A stretch of DNA of 63,800 nucleotides, the filler included, from Reclinomonas americana ATCC 50394 (Eukaryota): assembly GCA_048213135.1 (NCBI GenBank). It is 18 parts of 18 records of this genome, joined end to end, with 100 filler letters (N's around TTAATTAATTAA, not from the genome) between each part and the next. Parts side by side here need not be neighbours in the genome. Positions count along the whole stretch, not along the records: positions 6,425 to 13,934 come from AFZH01018016.1; positions 14,035 to 15,177 come from AFZH01018017.1; positions 15,278 to 18,867 come from AFZH01018018.1; positions 18,968 to 23,819 come from AFZH01018019.1; positions 23,920 to 26,758 come from AFZH01018020.1; 13 more parts are not named here. One strand, given 5' to 3'. The first letter of the stretch is position 1. Every line of letters starts with the position of its first letter. The position numbers were made by a program, and so were the translations under genes. Shown in pieces: positions 13,106 to 25,250 of the stretch. Below the pieces are notes generated by a model. That model searched no databases and had not been told where the DNA came from. It saw only the letters and a program-made list of their open reading frames with translations.

Positions 13106-13150
13106 GAGCGGACGAGTACGGTGTACGAATAAAAAAATCGTCTCTATTTT

Positions 13151-15277
13151 TCATTTGCCCATGACCACTGCGGGTGGCGGCGGCGGCGGTGCCGGTACCG
13201 ACGAGCCGTGGTTTGTCGCACGATGCAAGTACGCCACGTACCGATCGTGGTCGAGGCGAATCTGTCGCTCGTTCAGCACCTGTCGCTCGAACACGCCATC
13301 TTGCACGTAGAGGATGCGGTCGGCGTAGCACTCGACGTCGGGATTGTGCGTCACCATGATCATGGTGGTGCGCTGCAGCTGGTTGATCTCCAGCAGCAGA
13401 TCCATGATTTCGATGGTGTTCCGGGTGTCGAGGTCGCCGGTGGGTTCGTCTGGAATGAGGAGTGGTGAGGAGGAGATGCAAGGGAGGGAAGAGAGGAAAG
13501 GGTGGACGCACCAAGGAGCAGCAGCTCTGGTTCGTTGGCCAGTGCGCGAGCGATAGTCACGCGTTGTTGTTCGCCGCCACTCAGCTCCGACGGGAGGTGC
13601 TTCATGCGGTCCTGCAGGCCGACCACTGAGGGGGGAGAGAGGGGAAGGGAGGGAGAAATGAGGGCGAGACTCTTATGCATCGTTTCCCCTTCAACGCAAC
13701 TGGTCAACAACTGCTTGGCCCGCTCGCGTGAGTCCCTCGCTGATCGCTTGCCAAGCAGCGTCATCGGCAACTCGACATTCTCCACCGCCGAGAGCGTCGG
13801 CAGCAGGTTGAACGTCTGGAACACGAAGCCGATTTTCGAGAGGCGCAGATCCGACAGGAAGTCGTCGGTGGTTTGCGCGGTGATGGTGGAGCCGAGGATC
13901 TCTGTGGGATGAATGAGAAGGGGAAGGGGGTGGTNNNNNNNNNNNNNNNNNNNNNNNNNNNNNNNNNNNNNNNNNNNNTTAATTAATTAANNNNNNNNNN
14001 NNNNNNNNNNNNNNNNNNNNNNNNNNNNNNNNNNAGAGCAAAGCAGAATGAGCAGCCGGTGGACGACGAAAAAGGAAAGACGACATCAGAGTCCTCAAAT
14101 GCGGAATGTGCGTCCGGAGGTCGATGTGCGGGGAACAAAGAGGCAACAGAAAGCTCTCTCTTGAAGCAGGAAGAACAGACCTTGCTTGATGCACGAAGGA
14201 TGAGACAAATGACAGACTGAGCATTGTTCTCACTGCAAGAGCTTGACGCAGAAAGAGCGGCACACGATGACCAGCAAGTGACACTCACTGCAGAAAGAAA
14301 GCAGATTGAGATGCCCGTGGCAGATGCGCGACGACAACCAGCTATGTAATACGTTGGAGCAAAAAGAGCAGCCCGTGCGAGAGCAAAAGACGACCAGCAA
14401 GAAGCAGAATGGATTGGCGAAAGCTTGAGGCAGAGAGAGCTGGCCTTGAGCGAGTAAAGGAGAGCACAAGACACAGGGACAGCAACAGCAACCCCTGGTT
14501 GATGAAAGGATGCAGCACAGGAGCCTGAAGCAGAAAGTAAAGATCTCGAGTGCTAAAGAACTGAGCACAATCTCAGTGCTCCTCTCTTGTCGTGCAGCCA
14601 CGCAACGAAGAGTGCCCGATGACTGCCGATCAATGGTTCCGATAATGTTGAGCAGGGTGGTCTTGCCGCCGCCGGAGGGTCCGCGAATCATCACAAACTC
14701 GCCTCGTCGCACCGACTCGAATCCATTGCTGCTGCTCAGCTCGGCGTCGTCCAGGCAAATGTCTTCCAGGGCGTGCACGGTGTCTTCGCGGCCTTGGATG
14801 GTGTATTCTGGGGAGAGGGAAGGGTGAGAGGGGAAGGGGTGGGAGAGGGAAGGGAAGGGAGGAGAAGGGAAGGAGTGAGAGAGGGAGGGAGCGAGAAGGA
14901 AAGGAGAGGAAGAAGGGAAGGACGAGAGAGAGTGGGGAAGGGAAGGGTGGGAGAGTGGGGAAGGGAAGGGCGAGAGAGTGGGGAAGGGAAGGGCGAGAGA
15001 GTGGGGAAGGGAAGGAGTGAGAGAGGGAGAAGGGAAGGGAGAGAGAGAGAGAGAGAGAGAGAGAGGTAGGGGAAGGGAGGTGGAGTGAGTGATGAGTAGG
15101 AAGGACGAAGGGTGGCGACCGTAAAGGTGTTCGAGGTGACGACTCGAGGCGCTGCATGCGAGCCAGACACTGAATGANNNNNNNNNNNNNNNNNNNNNNN
15201 NNNNNNNNNNNNNNNNNNNNNTTAATTAATTAANNNNNNNNNNNNNNNNNNNNNNNNNNNNNNNNNNNNNNNNNNNN

Positions 15278-15310
<33 letters not shown>

Positions 15311-15388
15311 GAGGAGGAGGAGGAGGAGGAGGAGGAGGAGGAGAGAGGAGGAGGAGGAGGAGAGAGGAGGAGGAGGAGAGAGAGAGGA

Positions 15389-15420
<32 letters not shown>

Positions 15421-16100
15421 GAAGGGAAGGGTGTGAGTGAGTGATGATGAAGGCAAGGTGGCGCCTAAAGGTGTTCAGGTGACGACTCAGGCGCTGCATG
15501 CAGCCAGACACTGAATGAATGAGAGAGACAAAGAGAGAGTGACAGATGGCGAATGAGTGTGTGAGGGAGGGAGGGAGGGAGCGGGAGAAGGAGTGACCGA
15601 GAGTGAGTGAGTGAGAGACGATGGAGGCAAGGTGGCGCCTGAAGGCGTTTAGGTGACGACTTTGGCGAGAATGCAGCCAGTCATTGATGAGTGAGAGTGC
15701 ATGAGAGATTGTGCGTGACAGAGAGAGAGAGAGAGAAAGAAAGAGAGAGAGAGAGAGAGAAAGAAAGAGAGAGAGAGGCAAGGGGGATAAGAGGCGCCTG
15801 AGGTGTTCAGGCGACAACTTAGGCGCAGGATGCAGTCAGTCATTGAATGATGTTAGATTGAGTGTACATGTGTGTGTGTGTGTGCATGTGTGTGTGTGCG
15901 AGTGAGAGAGAGAGTGAGAGATTCAGAGAGAAAGAGAGACAGTGAGAGTGCAATCAGTCTTCTTCTTCTCTTCCTCTTTCTCTCTGTCTCTTCACTGATG
16001 CACCTTTATGCACATGAGTGGCGACCACCACTGGTTCTCCCAGTGGCTTCTCAATGCCCAATGGTCGGCGACCGGAAAACACCTCGCGCAACTCCGTCAT
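13151..16100 (-). CDS. Stand-alone ABC ATPase, LolD/MacB/FtsE-like (protist ABCH-type), multi-exon, spans two gaps
   Basis: Exon 1 16100-16004 MTELREVF...[11 protein letters not shown] splices to [17 protein letters not shown]. Walker [21 protein letters not shown], signature [19 protein letters not shown], Walker [13 protein letters not shown] and H-loop MVTH are all present. No transmembrane segment. Confidence 0.88.
15095..15850. repeat. Four copies of a ~70-bp unit separated by (GA)n/(GAG)n tracts in ABC intron 1
   Basis: AGGCAAGGTGGCGCCTxAAGGxGTTxAGGTGACGACT...GCAGCCAG at ~15100, 15451, 15625 and 15776. The first copy may be a contig-end overlap. Confidence 0.75.
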
Positions 16101-16716
16101 ACTCTCTCACACAAAGAAAAATGCTCGAATTAATATTGCCCCGACAACTTCGAAGGTGGCGAAGTATGGTGGAGACCAGTCGTGTATTGCAAGTAGCAGA
16201 AGAGAGAGCAAGACGGAATGAGAGAGGCTGCACGTGTGCTGCTTGTGTTCGAATTTGCAATTGCAATCTCCTGAAAGGGAAGATGACTGTTGGAGAAGAT
16301 TAATTATGTGTTTGAATATATATTGGTGTGCCAAGGTCATTGTCGGCAAGGGATTTGTGGGCGTTTATCGCATTATTGGAATGGTGAATGAAGTGTTTTG
16401 TTTTTTGTTTCGAACGTCGAGGTGCTTGCCAGAGTTGTGCAGAGGTCGCTGCAGACATGCAACTAGAATGCAGATGGTGTACACTAGGAGTGCGTGTGAT
16501 CTGCCACGTGCAGCAATTCGTTGAACGCGACAGTGAGTGTGTTGAGCGTGCGACGTCGAGCAACACGCAGCTGCTTTGCAGCTTCGACGCCAGTTGCTGC
16601 TGTTGTGAGAGATCGACTGATCAGACTTGCAGTACTCACGCTTCACAGCACAGGCGACTTGGTGTACGTGGCCGAGGAGTGTGCTGTCCTGCAATGCACT
16701 TTTCTTTCTTGTTGCC
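16101..16716. promoter_or_regulatory. Putative divergent promoter region between ABC ATPase and QDPR
   Basis: Head-to-head starts at 16100(-) and 16717(+), with an AT-richer interval between them. No specific motif identified. Confidence 0.45.
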
Positions 16717-17181
16717 ATGAAGCGTGTGTTGGTGTATGGTGGTGAGTGAAGCATGCAAAGCAGTGAGCAAAGGACCACTCCTCTCACTCACTCACTCGCT
16801 GTACACTACACGCACTGCATTCACTTTCTGCATTCGCTGCATTCCCTCACTCACACGCTCTCTCTCCATACTCACACTCACACTCACTGCACTCTTCCTC
16901 ACTCACTCACTCACTCTCCGCACTCACTGCACTCTTCCTCACTCACTCACTCACTCACACACTCGCTCACTCTCTCACTCATTCACTCACTCACTCACTC
17001 TCTCACTCACTCACTCACTCACTCACTCACTCACACTCTCACTCACTCACTCATTCACTCTCTCCCTCTCTCATTCACTCACACACTCTCTCTCTCACTC
17101 TCTCACTCACTCACTCAATCACTCAATGCACTCTTCCCTCTCTTGCCCTCTCTCTCTTCTCCTCTCTCTCTCTCTCTCCTC

Positions 17182-17219
<38 letters not shown>

Positions 17220-19684
17220 AGGATGTGGTGCCCTCGGCCGTTCCGTGATTAGCGCCTTCCGTGCCTCGGCAGGCGCCGAATGGTCCGCCGTCAGCGTCGA
17301 TGTCGTGGAGAATGCAGATGCCAATGAGTCGATTACGATTTCTCCCGACCAGTTGCGTGTGCCTCGCGGAAGAGACAAGCGAAGTCTGTCGTTGCTTATC
17401 CTCACTCAGGCCACTTTGCTTCCTCGTCACTCATTCTCTCTTCTCGTTTTCTTCTCAAGCACTCACTGTCGATCTCACAGTAACTCAAGCGCTCACTGCA
17501 CACTCATCTGCAATGCTCACTCATTCTCCGACTTGCTGCCTTGTCGTTTCTTATCCTCACTGAGCTCACTCTCTCTGCTTCCTCTTCAATCTCCCGACGA
17601 GCTGCCATTTGTTTTGTCTCAGCACACCCACTCTAGATCCCACACTCATCTGCGGTCGTCACTCATTCTCTCCTGACTTACTGCCTTCTCATTTGCTTCT
17701 CAATCGCAGCCATCGCCGAGGGTTGTCTTTTCCCTCCCATTCTGTCGCACTCGTTTGCTTCTCATTCGTAATTCAAGCGTTCTCACTGCATATACATCTG
17801 CAATGCTCACTCATTCTCCCGACCAGCTGCCTGTGCGTTTGCTTTTCAATCGCACTCACTGTCGAGACTTACTTGTCGTTTCCCTCCCTTCCTTTCTTTG
17901 ACACTCATTCGAGTCCTCTCTCATTCTCATGTAATTTGCTGCCTTCTCGTTTGCTTCTCATTCGTAATCAGGCACGCTCGCTGCGTTCATCTATCATTCT
18001 CCGACTTACTGCCTTGTCGTTGCTCTGTCGAGACTTGCTCGTCGTCTCGTTACTCCCTTCCTATCACACTGTGCGGTCGTTCCTCATTCTCCTTGCGTTA
18101 TTCATGGTGTCACTTCTTTCTTCTCTGTCGATCCTTCTTTCTTCTTTTCTCTTGCTGCTGTTTCTCCATCATCCCGACCTTTGTTGTTCTCGTACTTTTC
18201 TTTTCTCCGCAGTATTCATCTCGTCCCTTCTCTCTCTGTTCTTCCGTTTCCATGCCACTGATCCTCCACGTCCTCGCAGAACGTGGGACGAGCAGCTGGC
18301 CACGGTGCAGGAGCGCCTGGGCGACTCCAAGCTCGATTCCGTGATTTGTGTGGCCGGTGGCTGGGCTGGTGCGTGACCTTTGCCTGCAACAGGAGGACCC
18401 ATCTTTGCTGCTCACCTCATCTCGCAGGTGGCAATGCGGCCAGCAAGGAGACACTGTCCAACGCCGAGCTCATGTGGAAGGTGTCGGTGATGACGTCAAT
18501 GGTTGCCGCGCGCGTGGCTGCCGAGCATTTGAAGGAGTTGCGTGTGAGCAGCAGTGGGTGCGATGCTCTCGTCTGTTTGTTCACAATCGAGCGACAGGAA
18601 TGGACTGCTGGTTCTCACGGGAGCGCAGGCGTGCGTGGGTGGTACACCGGGCATGATTGGTGTGTGGATGAGCTCCTCTGGCTTTTCTTCGCCTTTCTAC
18701 CTTCAGTTTTCCCTCTTCCATCATCTCGCCCATCCTCTCTCCCCATCCTCTCCCCCATCCCCTCCCCCAGTCTCTCCCCCAGTCTCTCCCCCAGTCTCTC
18801 CCCCATTCTCTCCCCCATTCTCTCCCCCATTCTCTCCCCCATTCTCTCCCCCATTCTCTCCCCCATTNNNNNNNNNNNNNNNNNNNNNNNNNNNNNNNNN
18901 NNNNNNNNNNNTTAATTAATTAANNNNNNNNNNNNNNNNNNNNNNNNNNNNNNNNNNNNNNNNNNNNATTCTCTCCCCCATTCTTTCCCCCATTCTCTCC
19001 CCCATTCTATCCCCCATTCTATCCCCCATTCTATCCCCCATTCTCTCCCCCATTCTCTCCCCCATCCTCTCCCCCATCCTCTCCCCCCATTTTCTCCCCC
19101 CATCCTCTCCCCCATCCTCTCCCCCATCCTCTCCCCCATCCTCTCCCCATCCTCTCTTCCCCCCTTCTCTCCCTTTGTTCTCACCCCTTTCCCCTCCCCA
19201 GGCTACGGCGCCGCCAAGGCCGCCGTGCACCAGCTGACCCAGAGCCTCGCTGCCGCCGACTCTGGCCTCCCCTCCGGCTCCGCTGTCGTGTGCATCCGCC
19301 CGTTGCGTCTCTTTCCACAGCTCCTCTTTGTATGCTTTCTCTCCCCTCACTTCCCCCCGCCGCAGTATCATTCTCGACACCCCGATGAACCGCCGCTTGT
19401 GAGTACTCTCGTTACCCCGCTGTGCTGATCGCCTTGCCTCACAGTTATTCATCGCACAGCATGCCAAACTCTGACTTCTCCACGTGGACCCCGACTGCCG
19501 CGGTGGCCGAGTTGCGTGTCAACACACTCCCCACCCCCCCCCCTTTCCCCCCCTCTCATCTCCATCACACACATCACGCAGGAAACTGGTGCAATGGAGC
19601 GAGGGCAGCGATCGACCGTCGTCTGGCTCCGCCGTCAACCTCACAACGCGCGCCGGCGAGACCACGTTCGAGATTGCGCACTGA
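16717..19684 (+). CDS. QDPR: Dihydropteridine reductase (9 exons)
   Basis: [14 protein letters not shown]...[82 protein letters not shown]. Colinear with QDPR after removing 8 GT-AG introns. Confidence 0.95.
18735..19150. repeat. 12-bp minisatellite (CCCCCATTCTCT)n in a QDPR intron, interrupted by a gap
   Basis: Direct reading; variants CCCCCATCCTCT, CCCCCAGTCTCT and CCCCCATTCTAT. Confidence 0.92.
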
Positions 19685-19782
19685 GCCCGCCTGTGCCTCC
19701 TCTTCTCCTGACGCGAGACAGCAGGGTCGCACCCACGTGTCGCCGCCAGAATCATTAAACACGCACGCCGCAGCGATTTCAC

Positions 19783-22700
19783 TCAATTCTGAAACGTCGT
19801 GACAATGTTTAGGTCGTATCGTCGCGCACTGGTGGCCGCGTCGAGCAGACGCCGCTGCTGGACCTTGTTGAGGTCGTTGGCCGCCACCTCCAGCATGCGC
19901 AGTGCGGTGCACGACCGAATCACGGCCGTGAGTCCGTCCAAGGCGGCGACACCGAATGAGCATCGCATCACTACACAAGTGAGTGAGTGACAGAAGGCAA
20001 AACAACATATCAGGGAATAAACTAAACAAACCTCGCAGCGTGCGCAGCGCACAGGGTCCTCCCGCCAGCGTGTTGAAGAACGAGTTGAACACGGGACCGG
20101 GCGACGCGTCGCGCGGATAGTTCGACACCAGCAAGTACTCTAGTGAGCAGCCGCCGGGAGCCACCAGCGCGCAGGCCAGCTCCTCCACGGCTCCCTCACC
20201 GGCGCACAGCGACGCATCAAAGCTGAACTCGCGCAGCGTGCGCATCAGCGTCGGCGAGCGACACAGCGCCTGCAGACTCGTCGAGTCGACCAGCGGGCAC
20301 CCGTAGAACAGCGTGCCCACATCCACCTCGCTCGACACGTCGTGCACGAGCACCGAGGCGCGCGCCGACAGGTGCAGCACTCGCAGTGTCTGGCAGTGGG
20401 TGGCCAGGGCGGCGGCCAGCGTGCGGAACGCCACCACCACGCCACTGTCCGCTTGTGCCTCGGGGTCGGCCAGGTCGCACAGACGCAGCGACTCGAGTTG
20501 CGGCAGCGACGGCGACGAGGCCAGCAGCGCACACAGCTGCGCACGCTGTGCGACGGTGTTGCTGGTGGGAGTGTCGTCCAGGAACTCCAAGTGTATCGCG
20601 CGCAGTGTGGCCGCGGTGGCCACGTAGTCGCCGAGCCGCACCAGCGAGTCGCCATCCATGTGCACGCGCGTGAGCTCCAGCGTCGACAGCAGCGGCAGGT
20701 AGTGCAGGCGGGCGAAGAGCTGCTGGTAAAAGGTGGATCGAGCGCGCACCGAGACGAGGCGGAGGGTGCGGAGGGAGCGGGAGGCGAACGGCTCAACTAG
20801 GGGGGGAAAGGGTGTGATTAAGGGAAGGGTGGGGGGGGAGGGGGAGGAAAGGGGAAGGAAAAGGAGGGGAGGAGGAGGAGGAGGAGGAGGAGGACGAGGA
20901 GGAGGAGGAGGAGGAGGAAGAAGAGGAGGAAGAGGAGGAGGAGGAGGAAGAAGAGGAGGAGGAGGAGGAGGATGAGGAGGCGGAGGAAGAGGAGGAAGAG
21001 GAGGAAGAGGAAGAAGATGAGGAGGAGGAGGTGGTGGTGGTGGTGGTGGTGGAGGAAGAGGAGGAGGAGGAGGAATGGGAGAGGTGGAAGAAGAAAGAGG
21101 AGAAGTTCAAGGTATAAAGCAATGGGGAGGGGAAGGGATGAAGGCAGAGAGGGCTGAGGCGAAGACGAGGAGGAGGAGGAAGAGACAGGAGAAATTACGG
21201 AATGCAAGGAGAGTGAGAGACCATGACAGATGGAAAGGGAGAAGAAGAGGAAGAAGAAGAAGAGGAGATGTTCACGAATGCGGTGATGGGGAAGGGAGGA
21301 AGGCAGAGAGAGGGATGCGAGAAGAAGACCATGACAAAGTGGAAGAGGGAAGAGAAAAGGAGGGCGAGGGCCAGGAAGACTTCACGGAATTATGTGACTT
21401 GAAGAAGGGGGTGATGAAAGGGTTGCAACACAAGGAAAGACAGAAACAATGAGACGTCAAAAAGAAGAAGATGAAAGAGTTAACGGAATGCAGGAAAAGG
21501 AATGGTGGCTGAGGAAGAATGTGCTACCATCACGGCACAACACACCCCGAGAGACATGAACTGATCAAGCATTCCTCCAACAAAGCTCTCTCTCTTTCCA
21601 CTCTCTCTTCGCCGAGAAGTGCGAGCTGCTTCCCTTTCTCTCTCCCCTTTCCCCTCCCTGCCACTCACCACCCTCCGACTCCCCTCCCGTCACTCCCCAG
21701 TACTCCAGCAACGCGCGCGCATGATGTGCCCCCTCAAACTCCATGCCCTCGAGATGGAGCTCCTCCAAGGAGTCGTGCACGCCTCGCAGCGTCTTTAGCA
21801 TGTCGGGGAACATCTCCAATGAGTCGGGCTGACTGCAGCCCAGTGCCAGTGAGCGCAGGTGGGGTAGCCTCCTGAGCAGGCGCACCAGGGTCTCCATATC
21901 TGCACACGAACGCAAATGAGCGACGGTGAAATGAAGAGAGAAGCCTCTCGCATGCGCGCAACTTCTCTTGGTGCCGAGCCACGGAGTCTCCAACGCCAGC
22001 GTCCTCAACCGCAGCCCTGTGCCGGTGCTCCGCAACCACAGCGTCGTCAGCAGCTCCAGAATCGCCGACTCTGCATGCTGCGCCAGTGTCTCACTCATCC
22101 TGTGCAATTGTGTGAGCTGCCAGCGGTGTCGAAACACCGCCCCTTACCAACACAACGCAACGCCTCGGAGTGATTGCTTCCGGTGCTGAATGTGAGCTCC
22201 TCCAGTGCGAGGTTGGCGGGCGTGGCGAGACCCTGCGCCACCATGAAGACGTACTCGGGTGTCAAGTACTCCATGGGCGGGTGGCGCACTGGGTCGGCGT
22301 TGGTGCTCGACGACACGGAGCGCGACTCGAAGGGCAGCAGGTGCATGCTGCGGAGGTGTGGGATGAGCTCGCACACGCCGCGAATGGCCAGGGCGCGGAG
22401 GTCGGATTGTGGCTGGGAGGGGGGGGAAGAGGGGGAAAGGGGGTGAGGGGGTGAGGGGGAAGGGGGTGAGGGGGGAATGAGGGACTCTCTCTTCGCTCCG
22501 AATGGATGAGGGAGGAAGAGAACAATGCAGAGAGAACGAAGGGTTGCAAAGAAAAGGAGAGAGGAGACTGAACGATGGGCGGCAACAGAGATAATGAAAG
22601 GAGAAGAGATGAGAGACGAGTGGGAATAGGGACGATCGATTCTTATCTCCTTACGTTCGCTCCACGTGGGAGAGTGAGAACGCTCAAAGGGAGAGAGAAT

Positions 22701-23598
22701 GAAGGTTGCAAAGAAGACGAGACGGAGAGAAAGGAGGAGCACAAGCGAGAACAGGGACGATCGATTTCCATCCTCTTCTCTCTTCACTCCTGGTGGGCGA
22801 GAAAGAAAGAGAACAAAGCAGAGAGAATGATGAGTTGCAAAAGAGAGGAAGGCGCTTGGCAACAACGCATCTCATTCTCACTCTCTGGAAGGAAGAGGAG
22901 AAAAAGAAGAACTGGAATACATCGAGGCTGAGAGGAAGGCGACACAGTTCTCGTCCCTCTTCCCGACCTCCCCCTTCTCCAGCAACGAAGGTGGATCCCT
23001 TATTTCTCCCTTCTCCCCTTCCCTTCTCCGTACGCAACATCCGACGTCTCAAACTCATACACCTCAAACGCCGACGCCGGCACAATCAAATGCCGCATTC
23101 GCATCGGCAAACCAGCCGCCGGCACCGATCGCATAAACTCAGGCCTGCATGCATGCACAACTCTATACCAGAATATAGCAGATATCAAGCAATAGCAGTA
23201 TATCTGAAAAAAACCTGCTATACAGTGACATTTCGCGCAACCGAGGCAGCTCACTGTGACGTGCAGTGGCGCACAGCAGATGCTGAATCTCCATGCCCGA
23301 GTACGCTGCAATCTGTGCGCGCAACGCCGCAATTTCCGAGTCGCGTTGCTCCCAGGCCGAGGCCAGTGTGCCTCGCCAGTCGAGCGAGGAGACAGAGGTG
23401 CAGGCGAGGTGCGCCCTGTTTTTGCAGAGGATGAGCGAGGCAAGGGTGGAGGTGGGGGGAAGAGCGCAAGACTCACCATCGACGACTGACGAGGGCGTGG
23501 ACTCGTGAGAACTCGGTCAAGGTGAAAAAGGAGAGAATGCAGCGCCAGATGGACTCGTCGACAGAGTCGAAGGCGAAGAGCGGCGATGGCTCTGACAT
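19783..23598 (-). CDS. F-box / leucine-rich (RNI-like) repeat protein, multi-exon
   Basis: N-terminal exon MSEPSPLFAFDSVDESIWRCILSFFTLTEFSRVHALVSRRW fits the F-box pattern. Downstream LxxLxL units: LRTLALE, LRSLALG, LEELHLE, LSTLELT, LESLRLC, LRVLHLS, LRMLEVAAN. Confidence 0.75.
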
Positions 23599-23671
23599 GG
23601 GCGGATTGATGTGTGGCGCGGATGGACAGGACGCGATGGGACGACGGGATTTGCCGGGAATGGAGGAGAGA

Positions 23672-23726
<55 letters not shown>

Positions 23727-23986
23727 GAGAGGAGAGAGAGAGAGAGTAGTAGTAGTAGGTAGTAGTAGTAGTAGGTGGTACGGTAGGTAGGTAGGTAGGT
23801 AGGTTAGGTAGTAGGTAGGNNNNNNNNNNNNNNNNNNNNNNNNNNNNNNNNNNNNNNNNNNNNTTAATTAATTAANNNNNNNNNNNNNNNNNNNNNNNNN
23901 NNNNNNNNNNNNNNNNNNNACGGACGGTACGAGACGGTACGGTACGGTACGGACGGAGGACGGACGGACGGAGGACGACGAGAGAC

Positions 23987-24077
<91 letters not shown>

Positions 24078-25250
24078 GTGGGTGAGTGAACGGGAGTGAG
24101 TGAGCAAGTGAGTGAGTGAGCAAGTGAGTGAGTGAGCGAGTGAGTGAGTGAGTGAGCGAGTGAATGAGTGAGTGAGTGAGTGAGTGTGTGAGTGTGTGAG
24201 TGTGTGAGTGGGTGAGTGAGTGGGTGAGTGAGTGAGTGGGTGAGTGAGGGAGTGAGGGAGTGAGTGAGTGAGTGAGTGAGTGTGTGAGAGAGAGAGAGAG
24301 AGTGAGTGAGTGAGTGAGTGAGAGTGAGTGAGAATGCATTGTGTTCTGTGATTCGTGGCATCAGTTTCTTGCTTCACTGAGAGGTTTACTGCACTGTTTT
24401 AGTTGAGAGAGGGGGGAGACAACGCGGACTCAGCTGCAGTGTCTTGTCGTGGTCGCAGAGGGTTTGTAGAAGGAAAGCATTCGAAACTTGTTGGCGATCA
24501 CTGTCTTTGTTGTGCATGGATCAGTGAAGTAGTAGTTGACTGCAGTTGCAGCTGCTTGCTGTGTGCATGAGTGAGTTTGAGGCTTCTTCTGCGGCATTTT
24601 GGTCTGCAGGATCGTCACCTTCTGCAGCATTGCGTTGCTTGACTCTCCTCCGTCATGATAAGGTGACAGAATGAGTGGTGTGCTGAGAAGGCAGTGACTC
24701 AGCCTCCGCTCGTCCTCCTCCACTGCAGATAGCGAAGACAGGCAAATGGTTCTCGAGCTAGTCATGCGACTCTCTGGTGGCGACAGAGTGAAATGATGAA
24801 ACGGTTTGTGGGTGAGAGAGTGCGTGTGTGTATGAGAGAGAGAGAGAGAGAAAGAGTGACAGCGACAACAGCGAGAAGGGAGAGCGCTCTGCTGCGTTCA
24901 GTTTTTCCGTGATAGTGTCATGTCCGCCGTGAAGCCGTAAAATCAGAACCGGCAAGCACTGTGAGACAGAGTAGATACGAGTGAACCCCTTCCTCAATCC
25001 CTCCTTCCCTCTCTCCCCACTTCTTTGTCTCTCCATCTCTCACTCCCGTTCGCGATGTGTGGCTTTGTTCAATCCAGTAATTGTCATTTTCTTGTGTGAT
25101 TCTTTCACGGCGCTGTGGTGTCGCCTGGAACGTGTATGTGCATTGGTGACGCAGTGTCGGATTTGGGGGGAATGCATTCTGCATGCTTGCTGTCAGACCT
25201 CCGGATCCGGCTGCGTGTCTTTTTTGCGTGTCTCTGTGAGCGCGAGTTTC

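Noticed and set aside
16640..16719. Minus-strand ATG overlapping the QDPR ATG (CATG) as the ABC gene's first exon (MATRKK...)
   Set aside because: The exon at 16100-16004 (…[13 protein letters not shown]) fits the ABC N-terminal strand much better; the overlap is probably chance.
23746..23965. (GTA)n/GTAG/GTACG repeats flanking a gap, and extra bases in the 15100-15177 repeat copy
   Set aside because: The pattern matches flow-order noise at the ends of pyrosequencing reads after long (GA)n tracts; likely artefact.
24430..24765. 111-aa minus-strand ORF
   Set aside because: No recognisable motif and no convincing splice partners; insufficient support.
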